Part shown: positions 27,090 through 36,110 of the stretch, piece after piece
Layout: every line of letters starts with the position of its first letter
Position numbering within the stretch: position 1 is the stretch's first letter
DNA from: an uncultured archaeon
GTDB taxonomy: Archaea; Thermoproteota; Nitrososphaeria; Nitrososphaerales; Gagatemarchaeaceae
Length of the DNA: 64,000 bases
Direction of reading: 5' to 3'
NCBI GenBank assembly: GCA_963817525.1
Contig: CAWFOU010000008.1
Span: 64,001-128,000 of the forward strand
Notes under the pieces: generated by a model
Told to the model about the DNA's origin: nothing
Database searches by the model: none
The model's input: the letters and a program-made list of their open reading frames with translations, nothing else
Made by a program: the position numbers and the translations under genes

Positions 27090-27542
27090 TCACTTCACTA
27101 TCAGGACGTCACGCTTGGAGTGGCTCACCACGGAAGAGGAGACGCCCCCCAGCAAGAACCGCTCGAGGCCAGATATCCCCCTTCTGCCCAACACCACTAG
27201 GTCGATCCCCTCGCTCTCGGATAGGTCGAGGATAATCTCCGCGGGGTGCCCGTCCTCCACGGAGCCAGCGACCTTGACTCCGGCTTCCTTAGCTCTCTTG
27301 ACGGCGAGGTCGAGGAGGCTCTTCCCTTCCTTCATGACCTGCTCTTGATAGCCGGGTGGATAGTATGGCGCGCTAGGGCCGTAGACCGTCAGGATGGTGT
27401 TGACGGCCACCACGACCCGCAGGGAGGTCCCGTCAAGGGACGCAAGCGCGATTGCCCGGTCGAGGGCCCGCTTGGCGTTCTCCGAGCCGTCGTAACCGAT
27501 CAGTATCTTCTTGTAGTTCTGCAAATCGTCATCGGTGTTCAT
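27090..27542 (-). CDS. Universal stress protein
   Basis: ILIGYDGSE, DLVVLGRRG, LLGGVS. Confidence 0.93.
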   Translation of the reverse strand: MNTDDDLQNYKKILIGYDGSENAKRALDRAIALASLDGTSLRVVVAVNTILTVYGPSAPYYPPGYQEQVMKEGKSLLDLAVKRAKEAGVKVAGSVEDGHPAEIILDLSESEGIDLVVLGRRGISGLERFLLGGVSSSVVSHSKRDVLIVK

Positions 27543-27549
27543 TGGCGCC

Positions 27550-28125
27550 TCACCCGAAGAGGTTGTTCGTCTGCTCCATCAGGTTGTGAGCCGCGGCCGC
27601 CACACGAGACAGTGGCTTATCCCGGCCCCACATGGTGAAGTTCTCCGAGAGCCACCTTCCGTGAAGCTTCTCGAGAGTGTCCAGGTTGGGCGCTAAATCT
27701 ACGACGATCGCTCCGTTCTCGTCGAGTCTTATCGAGACTCCCGAGAACGTGGTTCTGTAGACTCCGTATCTCTTTCCGGCGGGTGTGACGACCGACTTCT
27801 CGAGGACCATCAGCCCAGCGGCTACAAGCTTGTTCACTCTCCGGTAGCAGGTGCTCAGGGGAAGGTTCTGCGTTGCGCTAATCTCTTCGACGGTCTTTCC
27901 GCTGGCGATGGCCGAGACGAGTATTCGTCTTGAGGACTCGTCTCCCAGAGCGCGAAGGATCGCGTTAGACTCCTTCAGGGCGCGGACAGCGGCGTCCTCG
28001 GACGGGTTGGAAGACTTTTCACTCTCTAGCGTCGAAAAGAGCAACGGGCTCGTTAGCACGGCCTTCAGTCCCCCGATCCCTCCTTCGCTGACGACCGCCC
28101 GGATCTCTCGTGCCATCCTTTCCAC
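27550..28125 (-). CDS. Winged-helix (ArsR-like) regulator
   Basis: ALGDESSRRIL...TVEEIS...LPLSTCYRRV. Confidence 0.8.
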   Translation of the reverse strand: MERMAREIRAVVSEGGIGGLKAVLTSPLLFSTLESEKSSNPSEDAAVRALKESNAILRALGDESSRRILVSAIASGKTVEEISATQNLPLSTCYRRVNKLVAAGLMVLEKSVVTPAGKRYGVYRTTFSGVSIRLDENGAIVVDLAPNLDTLEKLHGRWLSENFTMWGRDKPLSRVAAAAHNLMEQTNNLFG

Positions 28126-28252
28126 CTAGCACGATAGAGAGGGTCTGAAGTATTAGAGGAGGCTTGTACGTTTGTGGCCTCAGGAGGACTCGCTGTGTAC
28201 AGTTGTACGCAGTGGAGCGGGGCCGGGACCCGCATGTGAGCGATCGTGGGCG

Positions 28253-28846
28253 TCAGTGCGATGATTTCTTCTCTGCCTCGGCGGTCACTTCAATCATGCC
28301 TTCAGATACCCTGCTGTTGGCAACCCTGTAGGAGTAGGCCGAGAGCAGCCCAAGCAGGAACTGCTCGGTGCAGCTCGTGGATTCGACGGAGAACCCCGCC
28401 CCGACTATTCGGACGATGATGTTCACCCCCCTGTCGCCTTCCCTTCTCTCGAACTCCAGCCTCTTCACGGGGAGGAGGCCGTCAAGCTCGTCGACTCTCG
28501 CGATGAGCTGCTGGAAGTCCTCGGCGTACATCTGCAAGTAGGCGCCGACCCTCTTCCCTTCGTCAAACCACGACTTCAATAGCCAATCCTTGTCGCTCTG
28601 GAAGGTCCTCACCATCAGCTTCTCCATGAGGTCTCCGGGGAGCGGAATCGCGTCGGTGTCTTTCAGGATCCGGCTCCACCTCCAGGACGAATAGACCTCT
28701 TTCGGCGAGCCCCCATACTTGCAGACTTTCAGGACCGCGTCCAGAGCCTCGTTGGTGAGCGCGTAGAGGCTCTTGTTTTCCTTTGTCGCTTCATCAGCCA
28801 AGAGGTCTGCCGTCTTCTCGTCGACGGCGATGTTTGTCCGAGCCAT
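28253..28846 (-). CDS. Hypothetical protein with ribbon-helix-helix-like N-terminus
   Basis: MARTNIAVDEKTADLLADEATKENKSLYALTNEAL pattern. Confidence 0.65.
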   Translation of the reverse strand: MARTNIAVDEKTADLLADEATKENKSLYALTNEALDAVLKVCKYGGSPKEVYSSWRWSRILKDTDAIPLPGDLMEKLMVRTFQSDKDWLLKSWFDEGKRVGAYLQMYAEDFQQLIARVDELDGLLPVKRLEFERREGDRGVNIIVRIVGAGFSVESTSCTEQFLLGLLSAYSYRVANSRVSEGMIEVTAEAEKKSSH

Positions 28847-28953
28847 GGGAAGGCTCGCGGAGTACGCATTTGTACATAAGTCTATGCAGAATGCATGAGA
28901 ACGTACAGACGGCGAGATATACTTCCTTCGCACCCTTTGGGGTGGCGAACCAG

Positions 28954-29304
28954 ATGGTGGATGAAGGCGCGGCGACGCCACCAGTCGAGCCAAAGCCGCG
29001 GAGAGAGCGCAAGCGGCTGGGCACTCGGGCCGTCGCCTCCGAAGTACGCGAGGCTGCGCTAGCCAAGAGTATGTCGCGGATTCTTCAAGGTTACCTGAAT
29101 GGCAGAAGGCTGGTCACGGTCAAGATCAGGTTGGTCGAAGGGAAGAGCGTCGACGGCTTCCTGAAGATCACCGGCGAGAAGGGCGAGCGCCTTCTGGTGG
29201 ATTTCAAGGCGACCGCGACGCCGCAGGGCCAGGTGTCTTCTCTTCAGGTAGGCGCGAGGAACATCCCTCTCGAGGCGGGCGCGAGCTCCAAGCGGAGTCG
29301 CTAG
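28954..29304 (+). CDS. Basic hypothetical protein
   Basis: ORF fills the gap, divergent from the previous gene. Confidence 0.55.
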   Translation: MVDEGAATPPVEPKPRRERKRLGTRAVASEVREAALAKSMSRILQGYLNGRRLVTVKIRLVEGKSVDGFLKITGEKGERLLVDFKATATPQGQVSSLQVGARNIPLEAGASSKRSR

Positions 29305-29314
29305 CTTCAGGCCA

Positions 29315-31330
29315 TTAGGCTCCGAGCAAGACTCGCACGTCGACCGCGAACGCACCCTCCGTGTTGACGATGACTGGGTTGAGGTCGATCTCTGTGATTT
29401 TGAGATCGACCGTCATCCTTGACAGCCGCTGCATCGCTGCAATAAGCGCGGCTTGGTCGTATCCCCTCTTCCTCGAGCTCAAGATGTCGTAGACCCTGCT
29501 CTCTCGCAGCATCTCCTCGGCCTCGTCCGCTTCGATTGGACCGAGTCGATGGGATGGCCTCCCTATGGCCTCCACGTAGATGCCGCCGGCGGAGACAAGC
29601 ACGGTCGGCCCGAAGCCAGGGTCGTTGAGCCCACCGAGCAAAACCTCCGCCCCCATAATTTGTTGCTGAACCATCACTCGCGGGCAGACTCTCGACAGGT
29701 CGGAGAACGCGCCCCTCGCCCGCTTGGAGTCGGAGACACTCATGACGACGCCGTTGAGCTCCGTCTTGTGGACCGGCTCGTCCGGCGAGATCTTCATCAC
29801 GACCGGATATCCGAGTCTCTCCGCGAGGGCCTCGGCCTCGTCGGGGGAGGCGGCTGTCCCGTATCTTGGGACCTGAATCCCGTACAGCTCAACTAGGAGC
29901 AGGCCGTCGCGGTCTGACAGGACGCGCTTCCCCGAGACGAGGGCCTCGGCGCCGTCCAGCGGGTGGGCTGTCCTGTCCTTCGTCCTCGCGGGGGGGCGCT
30001 TCACGAAGTGGCCTATCGCCCGGACGGCCTCCTCGGGGAACGTGAAGCTGGGGATTCCAGCGGCGTCGAGGACGTCCGCAGCCGCGTCCTCGTCCGTGCC
30101 CATCATGACGCCGACCAAGCTGGACCCCCTGAACCCGACCACCGTCCTGGCGACCTCGACGCAGCTCAGGAGCGGCATGGACTGCATCAGGACCAGCTTC
30201 GTGCAGTCGATTCCCTGGACTTCTGCCAAGGCGGCCCTGTATCTTTCCGCGTTGGCGTCCCCCGACAGGTCCAGCGGGTTCCTGGGCCGGATCTGGGGAG
30301 GCAGGAGGGCGGAGAGCCTCGCGACGGTGGTCTCCGGGAGCGCAGCGAGCCTCAAGGAGCGGCGCTCTATCTCGTCCGTAGCGATGACGCCGTGACCTCC
30401 AGAGTTGGTTACCACGAGGAGGTCAGGCTTTATCACCTCGTCGCCGGTGAGGAGCCTGGCTAGGTCGAGCGAGTCCTCGAGGCTCTCCGCCAGCATCCCG
30501 CCCACGGCGTTGACCGCAGCCCTGAAGACGTCCGCCGAGCCGGCGAGGCTGCCGGTGTGGGTCCTGGCCGCCTCCGACCCCCTCTTCCCGAGCCCTCCCT
30601 TTAGGAAGATGACGGGCTTCCGCCTGGTGGCGTTCGGGACGAGGTCCAGGAACCTCTGCCCGTCGCTGACGCTCTCGAGGTAGACGAAGACTACCCCGGT
30701 GCCCGGGTCGCCAGCCAGGAAGTCCAGGACCTCCGCCTCCGAGACGTCGGCCTGGTTGCCGAGGCTCACGAAGTAGCTTATGCCGGTCCTGCTCCTCTGC
30801 GCCCACTCGAGCATGTACATCCCGAGGCCTCCGCTCTGGGCAACCAGCGCGACTTTGCCCCGAGGGACCTCGGAGAACGCGAAGGTCCCGTTGAAGGCGG
30901 GGGTCACTAGCCCTAGCGTGTTCGGCCCGAAGACCCTGATCCCAGCCTGCCCAGCGATCTTCTTCACCTCTTGCTCGAGCTCGGCGCCGTGCTCGTCCAC
31001 CTCCCTGAATCCGGAGGTGATCACGACGGCACCCTTGACGCCCTTCTTGGCAGCGTCCAGCATGACGCCCGGGACGGCGTCTCTGGGGACCACGACTATC
31101 GCCAGGTCCACATCCTCCTCGATTGCCGTGAGCGAGCCGTAGGCCCTCCGCCCCTCGACGTCCATCGCCGACGAGTTGACCGGGTACAGATTCCCGCTGA
31201 AGGTCGCGAGGAGGTTCCTGAAGACGACGTTCCCGATCTTCTCCTTCCTGTGCGAGGCGCCCACGACGGCGATGCTCCTCGGGTCGAAGAGCCCCCCGAG
31301 AGAGCCGTTCTTTCTCGAATCGTCGGTCAA
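29315..31330 (-). CDS. Acetate/acyl-CoA ligase (ADP-forming), fused alpha-beta
   Basis: PRSIAVVGAS, GPNTLG, AQSGG, SLGNQAD, HTGSLAG, NPLDL, HKTE, DLNP, VDVR. Confidence 0.93.
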   Translation of the reverse strand: MTDDSRKNGSLGGLFDPRSIAVVGASHRKEKIGNVVFRNLLATFSGNLYPVNSSAMDVEGRRAYGSLTAIEEDVDLAIVVVPRDAVPGVMLDAAKKGVKGAVVITSGFREVDEHGAELEQEVKKIAGQAGIRVFGPNTLGLVTPAFNGTFAFSEVPRGKVALVAQSGGLGMYMLEWAQRSRTGISYFVSLGNQADVSEAEVLDFLAGDPGTGVVFVYLESVSDGQRFLDLVPNATRRKPVIFLKGGLGKRGSEAARTHTGSLAGSADVFRAAVNAVGGMLAESLEDSLDLARLLTGDEVIKPDLLVVTNSGGHGVIATDEIERRSLRLAALPETTVARLSALLPPQIRPRNPLDLSGDANAERYRAALAEVQGIDCTKLVLMQSMPLLSCVEVARTVVGFRGSSLVGVMMGTDEDAAADVLDAAGIPSFTFPEEAVRAIGHFVKRPPARTKDRTAHPLDGAEALVSGKRVLSDRDGLLLVELYGIQVPRYGTAASPDEAEALAERLGYPVVMKISPDEPVHKTELNGVVMSVSDSKRARGAFSDLSRVCPRVMVQQQIMGAEVLLGGLNDPGFGPTVLVSAGGIYVEAIGRPSHRLGPIEADEAEEMLRESRVYDILSSRKRGYDQAALIAAMQRLSRMTVDLKITEIDLNPVIVNTEGAFAVDVRVLLGA

Positions 31331-31397
31331 GTAGCCGTCCCCGCCGTTTCGTCCCTGAGGCGGTTAAAACCTAGCGTTGGGCTCCCCCGCTTTGAGG

Positions 31398-32084
31398 CTA
31401 GGGGGTGCAAGCGGGAGCGTAGGACGAGGTCTCCGCGCAGAATGTCCAGGCGAAGACAGACCCGTTGTAGACGGGCAGGTCGTCCGCGCCAACCTGGGCA
31501 GGCTGCCACCTAGCGGTCGCGTTGTAAGTCCAAACGAACCAGGACATGGTCTGGGTGCCGGAGACGCCATCAATCGCCTCGACCAAGTGCTCGGAGAGGG
31601 GTGCCGGGTACCATTGAGCCTGAAGGTCCCCTTTGGCAAGCACGACTGTCTCTGTGTACATGTTCCACCCGGGCTGTGCCTGGGTGCCGTTGTACCAGCG
31701 AGCCGTGCCGTTCCCAAAGTCGAAGAGGATGTCGGCAGAGTACAGCGAGCTCGACGCGGGCTTCAGGCTGAGGTATTCGCTCCAAAGCTGCGAGAGCTGC
31801 GCGCTCGCCTCCTGGTATATCGGAAGCGTGGTGTTCACCACCGAGATGGCCCCGACTAGAAGCGAGAGGGTGGCGTTGTCCAGGGCGAGGGATGCGTTGT
31901 AGCTCGAGGAGAGTCGGTCGTACTGGCCGGTTGCAGACGCGAGCTCGCTGACGTACTCGTCTTTGGACTGGGCGGCCTGCGAATACTCGGTGTAATAGTA
32001 CACTGCGGCGGTCGCGCTCACTATAAGGAGGGCGACCAGGACGATGGCGAGCCCGTAGTTGGTCCTTGCGGACATTCCCGACAT
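31398..32084 (-). CDS. Membrane-anchored protein with DUF4430/transcobalamin C-terminal-like domain
   Basis: TM, coiled coil, FGNGT..W, VEAIDGV...WFVW...W....VGAD. Confidence 0.65.
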   Translation of the reverse strand: MSGMSARTNYGLAIVLVALLIVSATAAVYYYTEYSQAAQSKDEYVSELASATGQYDRLSSSYNASLALDNATLSLLVGAISVVNTTLPIYQEASAQLSQLWSEYLSLKPASSSLYSADILFDFGNGTARWYNGTQAQPGWNMYTETVVLAKGDLQAQWYPAPLSEHLVEAIDGVSGTQTMSWFVWTYNATARWQPAQVGADDLPVYNGSVFAWTFCAETSSYAPACTP

Positions 32085-32133
32085 GGCTGGATTAGCCAGC
32101 CATTATTAAGCGTTCTTCGGGGACACCCGGGCC

Positions 32134-33111
32134 TTATTCCGCCGGCGCAGGGACGATGGGGTAAGCCCCGCACGTGACGCAGAAGCTAGACCTAGGCCTG
32201 ACGTCGGCCCCGCAGCGCGGGCACGTGAGCCCGGTCCTGGCGGTGGCAGAGGGGGGAGGGAAGACCCTCCTGTAGATCGTGTAGTATTCGAGGTGCTCCT
32301 TGTCCCTTATCTCCACCCCGTCCCGGGAGGCGGCGTCCCTCTTTGCGCGGGCGAACTCGCCGTCACCGATCTTGGAGGCGTAGTACCTTGGGAGGTGCGT
32401 GATGCCCGAGCCATACTCGATGGGGGTCTTCACCCTCCAGGCGCTCCTCTTCCCGATGGTCTTCTCGAAGGCGACCCTGAGGATCAGCTTCCCGTACTTC
32501 TTCCCCCCTCTGGAGCCCACGAGCTGCCCAGGCCCAAGGGTCTTGGCGAAGTCGACCACCGACCTGTCGAGGTAGGGAAGGAGTGCGGAGATCCCGAGGG
32601 ACTCGGCCATGGGCTTCGAGGAGAAGCGCATGACCTTCCAAAGGTCCCTGAGCCGCTTCTTCAGCTGCGTGGGCGGCAGGTTGAAGCTGAAGCTATAGCC
32701 CGCGAAGAGCTCGTCCGCTCCGTCGCCCGTCATCACCTGCGAAAACCCCCCGTCTCGGGCGGCCATCATGCCGTGGTAGACGGTGAGGCTGTTCCTGACC
32801 TCCATCGGGTCGAATGTCCTCAAGACCCGGATGACCTCGCCCAGCCTCTCCGGCAGCACCTCGGGCCGAAGCTCCAGTAGTTCCAAGTCCAGGCTCAGCC
32901 TCTTGGCGGTCGACCTCGCGTACGGGATGTCGGGAGCGTCCCAGAGCGGGAAGAAGACGGTGTAGCACTTCGGCTTGGCGCGCGCCACGAGGTGCGCTAT
33001 TATCGTCGTGTCGAGCCCACCCGACAGCAGGATTGAGTCGCCCAGGCTTCTCTTGACGCTGCCACCGATGACCTCCGCGCACTCCGCCGCTGCTTCGTTC
33101 CCGGGCCTCAC
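32134..33111 (-). CDS. Asparagine synthase C-terminal domain protein with C-terminal zinc ribbon
   Basis: LLSGGLDT, TGDGADELFAGY, K.ILR, CPRC/CVTC. Confidence 0.88.
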   Translation of the reverse strand: MRPGNEAAAECAEVIGGSVKRSLGDSILLSGGLDTTIIAHLVARAKPKCYTVFFPLWDAPDIPYARSTAKRLSLDLELLELRPEVLPERLGEVIRVLRTFDPMEVRNSLTVYHGMMAARDGGFSQVMTGDGADELFAGYSFSFNLPPTQLKKRLRDLWKVMRFSSKPMAESLGISALLPYLDRSVVDFAKTLGPGQLVGSRGGKKYGKLILRVAFEKTIGKRSAWRVKTPIEYGSGITHLPRYYASKIGDGEFARAKRDAASRDGVEIRDKEHLEYYTIYRRVFPPPSATARTGLTCPRCGADVRPRSSFCVTCGAYPIVPAPAE

Positions 33112-33941
33112 ACCAGAGTCGCCTGGTTCTTTCCAAGCTCGGAGTCTATCTTCCTGGTGACCTGGTCGAGAAGCTTCCGCTGCTCCGCGCTGGCCGTGCC
33201 GAGCAGATCCATCATCTTCAGGCTGTCCTCAACGGCATATCCGTGGAAGTGGTTGTTGAAGTAGCCGTAGACTTTCTTCGTCTTCGTGGCGATCGCCTCG
33301 ACCTTCTTGCTCCAGCCTGCGAGCTCGTCCCGCCCATACCTGTAGTTGTACCAGGGCCTTCCCCCCCGGCCGTGCCAGCGCACGAAGGCAAAGTCGGCGG
33401 TTGTCGTGGTGTCCGCGGGAAGGAGGGGCTCGTCGACGTTGGTGATCGCCACGTTGTGCTGCCTCAGGAGGTCGAGGGCGTCGGACTTGTCCAGCCAGGA
33501 CTTGTTTCGGAACTCCACGGCGAACGAGACGTCCGTCGGCAGCGCCCCAAGGAAGCCCTGGAGCTTCCTTAGTCCCCCGGAGTAGGTGAAGCTCGGAGGG
33601 AGCTGGACCAGGAGCGGGCCGAGCTTGCCTTCGTCGGCAAGAGGCTTCATGAGGTGGAGGAACCTGAAGAGGTCGTCCTTCGCGCCTCTCTCGAGGTCGA
33701 GGGTCTTCTCGTGGGTGATCAGTTTGGGCAGCTTGGCGCTGAGGACGAAGCCTGGGGGGGTGCTTCTCGCGGCGCCCAGGACCATCCCCTTGCTGGGGTA
33801 GGCGTAGAAGGTGGAGTCGATCTCTACGGTGTCGAAGAACTTCGAATAGTAGGTGAGCTTCTTCTTCTCACCCTTGGGATAGAAGGGGCCCTCCCACTCC
33901 TTGTACGACCATCCGGATGTACCTAGGTGGATTTCCCCCAA
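33108..33941 (-). CDS. DUF72 family protein
   Basis: GTSGWSY..W.G.FYP, VEIDSTFY, QLPPSF, VEFR, R.HG, YFNNH. Confidence 0.93.
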   Translation of the reverse strand: MGEIHLGTSGWSYKEWEGPFYPKGEKKKLTYYSKFFDTVEIDSTFYAYPSKGMVLGAARSTPPGFVLSAKLPKLITHEKTLDLERGAKDDLFRFLHLMKPLADEGKLGPLLVQLPPSFTYSGGLRKLQGFLGALPTDVSFAVEFRNKSWLDKSDALDLLRQHNVAITNVDEPLLPADTTTTADFAFVRWHGRGGRPWYNYRYGRDELAGWSKKVEAIATKTKKVYGYFNNHFHGYAVEDSLKMMDLLGTASAEQRKLLDQVTRKIDSELGKNQATLV

Positions 33942-34067
33942 GGTCTGACTACCAAGCCCTTGGCCATTGATAAGGCAGACAGGGGTACTTCTAGAGTCCC
34001 TCGCTTTCCTGCTTGACCCGCGATTTGTCCTTCAAGATTTATCTACCTTGAGTCTCTCCTCTTTCAC

Positions 34068-34277
34068 ATGGCAAAATACTCCGTGGTCTTTGGTCGTCTA
34101 AATGAGTTTGACACGGAGGAAGATACCGTGACCATCCTCAAGGACGGGGAGGTGATGGAGTACCGGCTAGACATCAGCCTGGAGAACTCCGAAGGGTGGG
34201 AGAAGAAACTACAGGAATTGCTGAACAAGGATGTGACGCTCAAGCTGAAGGACGACCAAGTCTATGACGTGAGCTGA
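34068..34277 (+). CDS. Small acidic hypothetical protein
   Basis: 69-aa ORF with ATG and upstream TTTATCTA. Confidence 0.6.
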   Translation: MAKYSVVFGRLNEFDTEEDTVTILKDGEVMEYRLDISLENSEGWEKKLQELLNKDVTLKLKDDQVYDVS

Positions 34278-34371
34278 CGACACGGTTCCAAGCTCCGGGC
34301 GACGCGAAGGTACTTTTTCCTCTCTCGAACACATTTAAGCGGGCGTCTCATTCTAAGGACGAGACGGAGCC

Positions 34372-35034
34372 CTGAGCGAATCGGAGCAATCCCCAGCAAA
34401 GCCGAGGGCGAGGATCGAGTCGCTTGCGGACCTCATCTTCGGCCTCGCCCTTTCGGTTGGGGCGATATCCCTCGTCAGCAATCCGCCCACCAGCAAAGGG
34501 GCGGTCTACAACGACCTGGCGACCTTCGGGTTCAGCTTCCTCATTCTGATCACGATGTGGCTCCGCTACACACGGATAATGTCGGTGTTCCCAATACAGA
34601 ACAGGAGGGTGAACAACCTCAACATCCTCCTGCTGTTCTGCGTCTCGATAGAGCCTTTCCTCTTCAACCTGGTCAGAAACATGCCGGCCGTAGCCGACCC
34701 GACCGCCTTCGCGGATGCCACATCCCAGCTCTACGCGCTTGACCTGGGCGCGATGTTCGCAATCCTGGGGGGGTTCACGGTCACCCTGGCGGACGAAGAG
34801 AGGAAGCTCATCCCGAAGGCACTGATACGCCAATACAAGATCGAGGGTGTATCCGCCTTCGTCTGCGGGTTGATCTTCGGGTTGTCTGCGCTGCCAGTAT
34901 TCTACGGCATCACGTTGGACGGGGGGGCCCTCAGGTACTACCTATGGGGCGTCCCCTTGGCGCTGATCTGGGTGACAAGGCGCTGGGTTAGCCGCCAGGA
35001 GGACTCGGTCGAGTCGTCCGTGGAAGCGGTTTGA
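34372..35034 (+). CDS. TMEM175 (DUF1211) potassium channel; probable CTG start
   Basis: The in-frame upstream extension contains the signature RIESLADLIFGLALS. An in-frame TAA lies at 34354, with no ATG/GTG/TTG between it and the motif. Confidence 0.8.
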   Translation: MSESEQSPAKPRARIESLADLIFGLALSVGAISLVSNPPTSKGAVYNDLATFGFSFLILITMWLRYTRIMSVFPIQNRRVNNLNILLLFCVSIEPFLFNLVRNMPAVADPTAFADATSQLYALDLGAMFAILGGFTVTLADEERKLIPKALIRQYKIEGVSAFVCGLIFGLSALPVFYGITLDGGALRYYLWGVPLALIWVTRRWVSRQEDSVESSVEAV

Positions 35035-35073
35035 TCTTGAGGGACGGCCAAAGGCTCCCTGTTCGTGGCCAGC

Positions 35074-36066
35074 TCACGTCTCAGAAGGCTTTCCGTCCTT
35101 CCTTGCCTCCAGCAATGCCCTCGTCGCCGGGTCGGTGAGGATGCTCTTTACGAGGGCAGGCCCTTGGTAGACCAGTGCGGTGTAGATCTGCACTGTCGTG
35201 GCGCCGAGCCTCAGGAGGGCGGCTGCGTCGGCGGGGCTATCGATGCCACCGCAAGCGTTGACCTCGAAGGAGGGGCTGACGAACTTTCTGATTCGCCCCA
35301 GTGCGGCCTTCGTGTGCTCGAGGAGGGGCGGGCCGCTCCAGCCTCCCTTCCCGACCGCCATCCGCGCGTCCTCGATGGGGATGGAGTTCGAGGCGGTGAC
35401 GCCGTCGAAGCCGAGCGACTCCCACCTGTTCACCATCCCCATGACCCCTGCGAACTGGGGCTCGTCGATGAACGGGGGCGTCTTCAGATAGGTTGGCTTG
35501 GCCTTTGCGTCCCTGAGGGCCTGGGCGAGCGCCGCGAAGGCGTCGGGCTCCCGCAGGTCCCGGAGATTCGGAGTGTTCGGCGAGCTCAGGTTCAGCTCGA
35601 CGCCCGCGACATGGGGCTGGACCTTGACGTAGCACCCCAACACGTCTTCGGCCGTCTTGCCGCTGATGCTCGCTACGATTGGGACCTTCAACCGCGTCTG
35701 GGATTCGAGAGCGCCGATGAACGCGTCTATGCCGGGGTTGGGAAAACCAAGGGCGTTTACGAGCGTCCTGTCCTCCTTGTTCCTGGCGACCCTAGGCTTC
35801 GGGTTGCCGGGCCACGGCTTCAGCGTGAAGGTCCCGGCCACGAGGTAGCCGAAGCCGAGCCTGGAGAGGCTCTCGAGATGCCTTCCTGTCTTGTCATACC
35901 CGCCGGCCAGGCCCAAAGGGTTCGCGAGCTCGCCGAGGGCCGTCTTGACCGGCATAGGCTCAGCGGATATCCTGGAGGCGAACCTCACCAGGCTCAGCCC
36001 GAGGTTGTGAGCTCTCTCTGGGTCGAGGGCGAACAGGACCGGCTGGGCGAGCCGATACCCGTCCAA
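35074..36066 (-). CDS. pyrD: Dihydroorotate dehydrogenase (quinone, family 2)
   Basis: DPERAH, NPLGLAGGYDK, GNPKPR, NALGFPN, NLSSPNTP, GGWSG, QIYTA. Confidence 0.93.
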   Translation of the reverse strand: MDGYRLAQPVLFALDPERAHNLGLSLVRFASRISAEPMPVKTALGELANPLGLAGGYDKTGRHLESLSRLGFGYLVAGTFTLKPWPGNPKPRVARNKEDRTLVNALGFPNPGIDAFIGALESQTRLKVPIVASISGKTAEDVLGCYVKVQPHVAGVELNLSSPNTPNLRDLREPDAFAALAQALRDAKAKPTYLKTPPFIDEPQFAGVMGMVNRWESLGFDGVTASNSIPIEDARMAVGKGGWSGPPLLEHTKAALGRIRKFVSPSFEVNACGGIDSPADAAALLRLGATTVQIYTALVYQGPALVKSILTDPATRALLEARKDGKPSET

Positions 36067-36110
36067 CTAGGACGACCTCGCCTCAGCGGCTGGGCGCACC
36101 GGGCGGCCGG

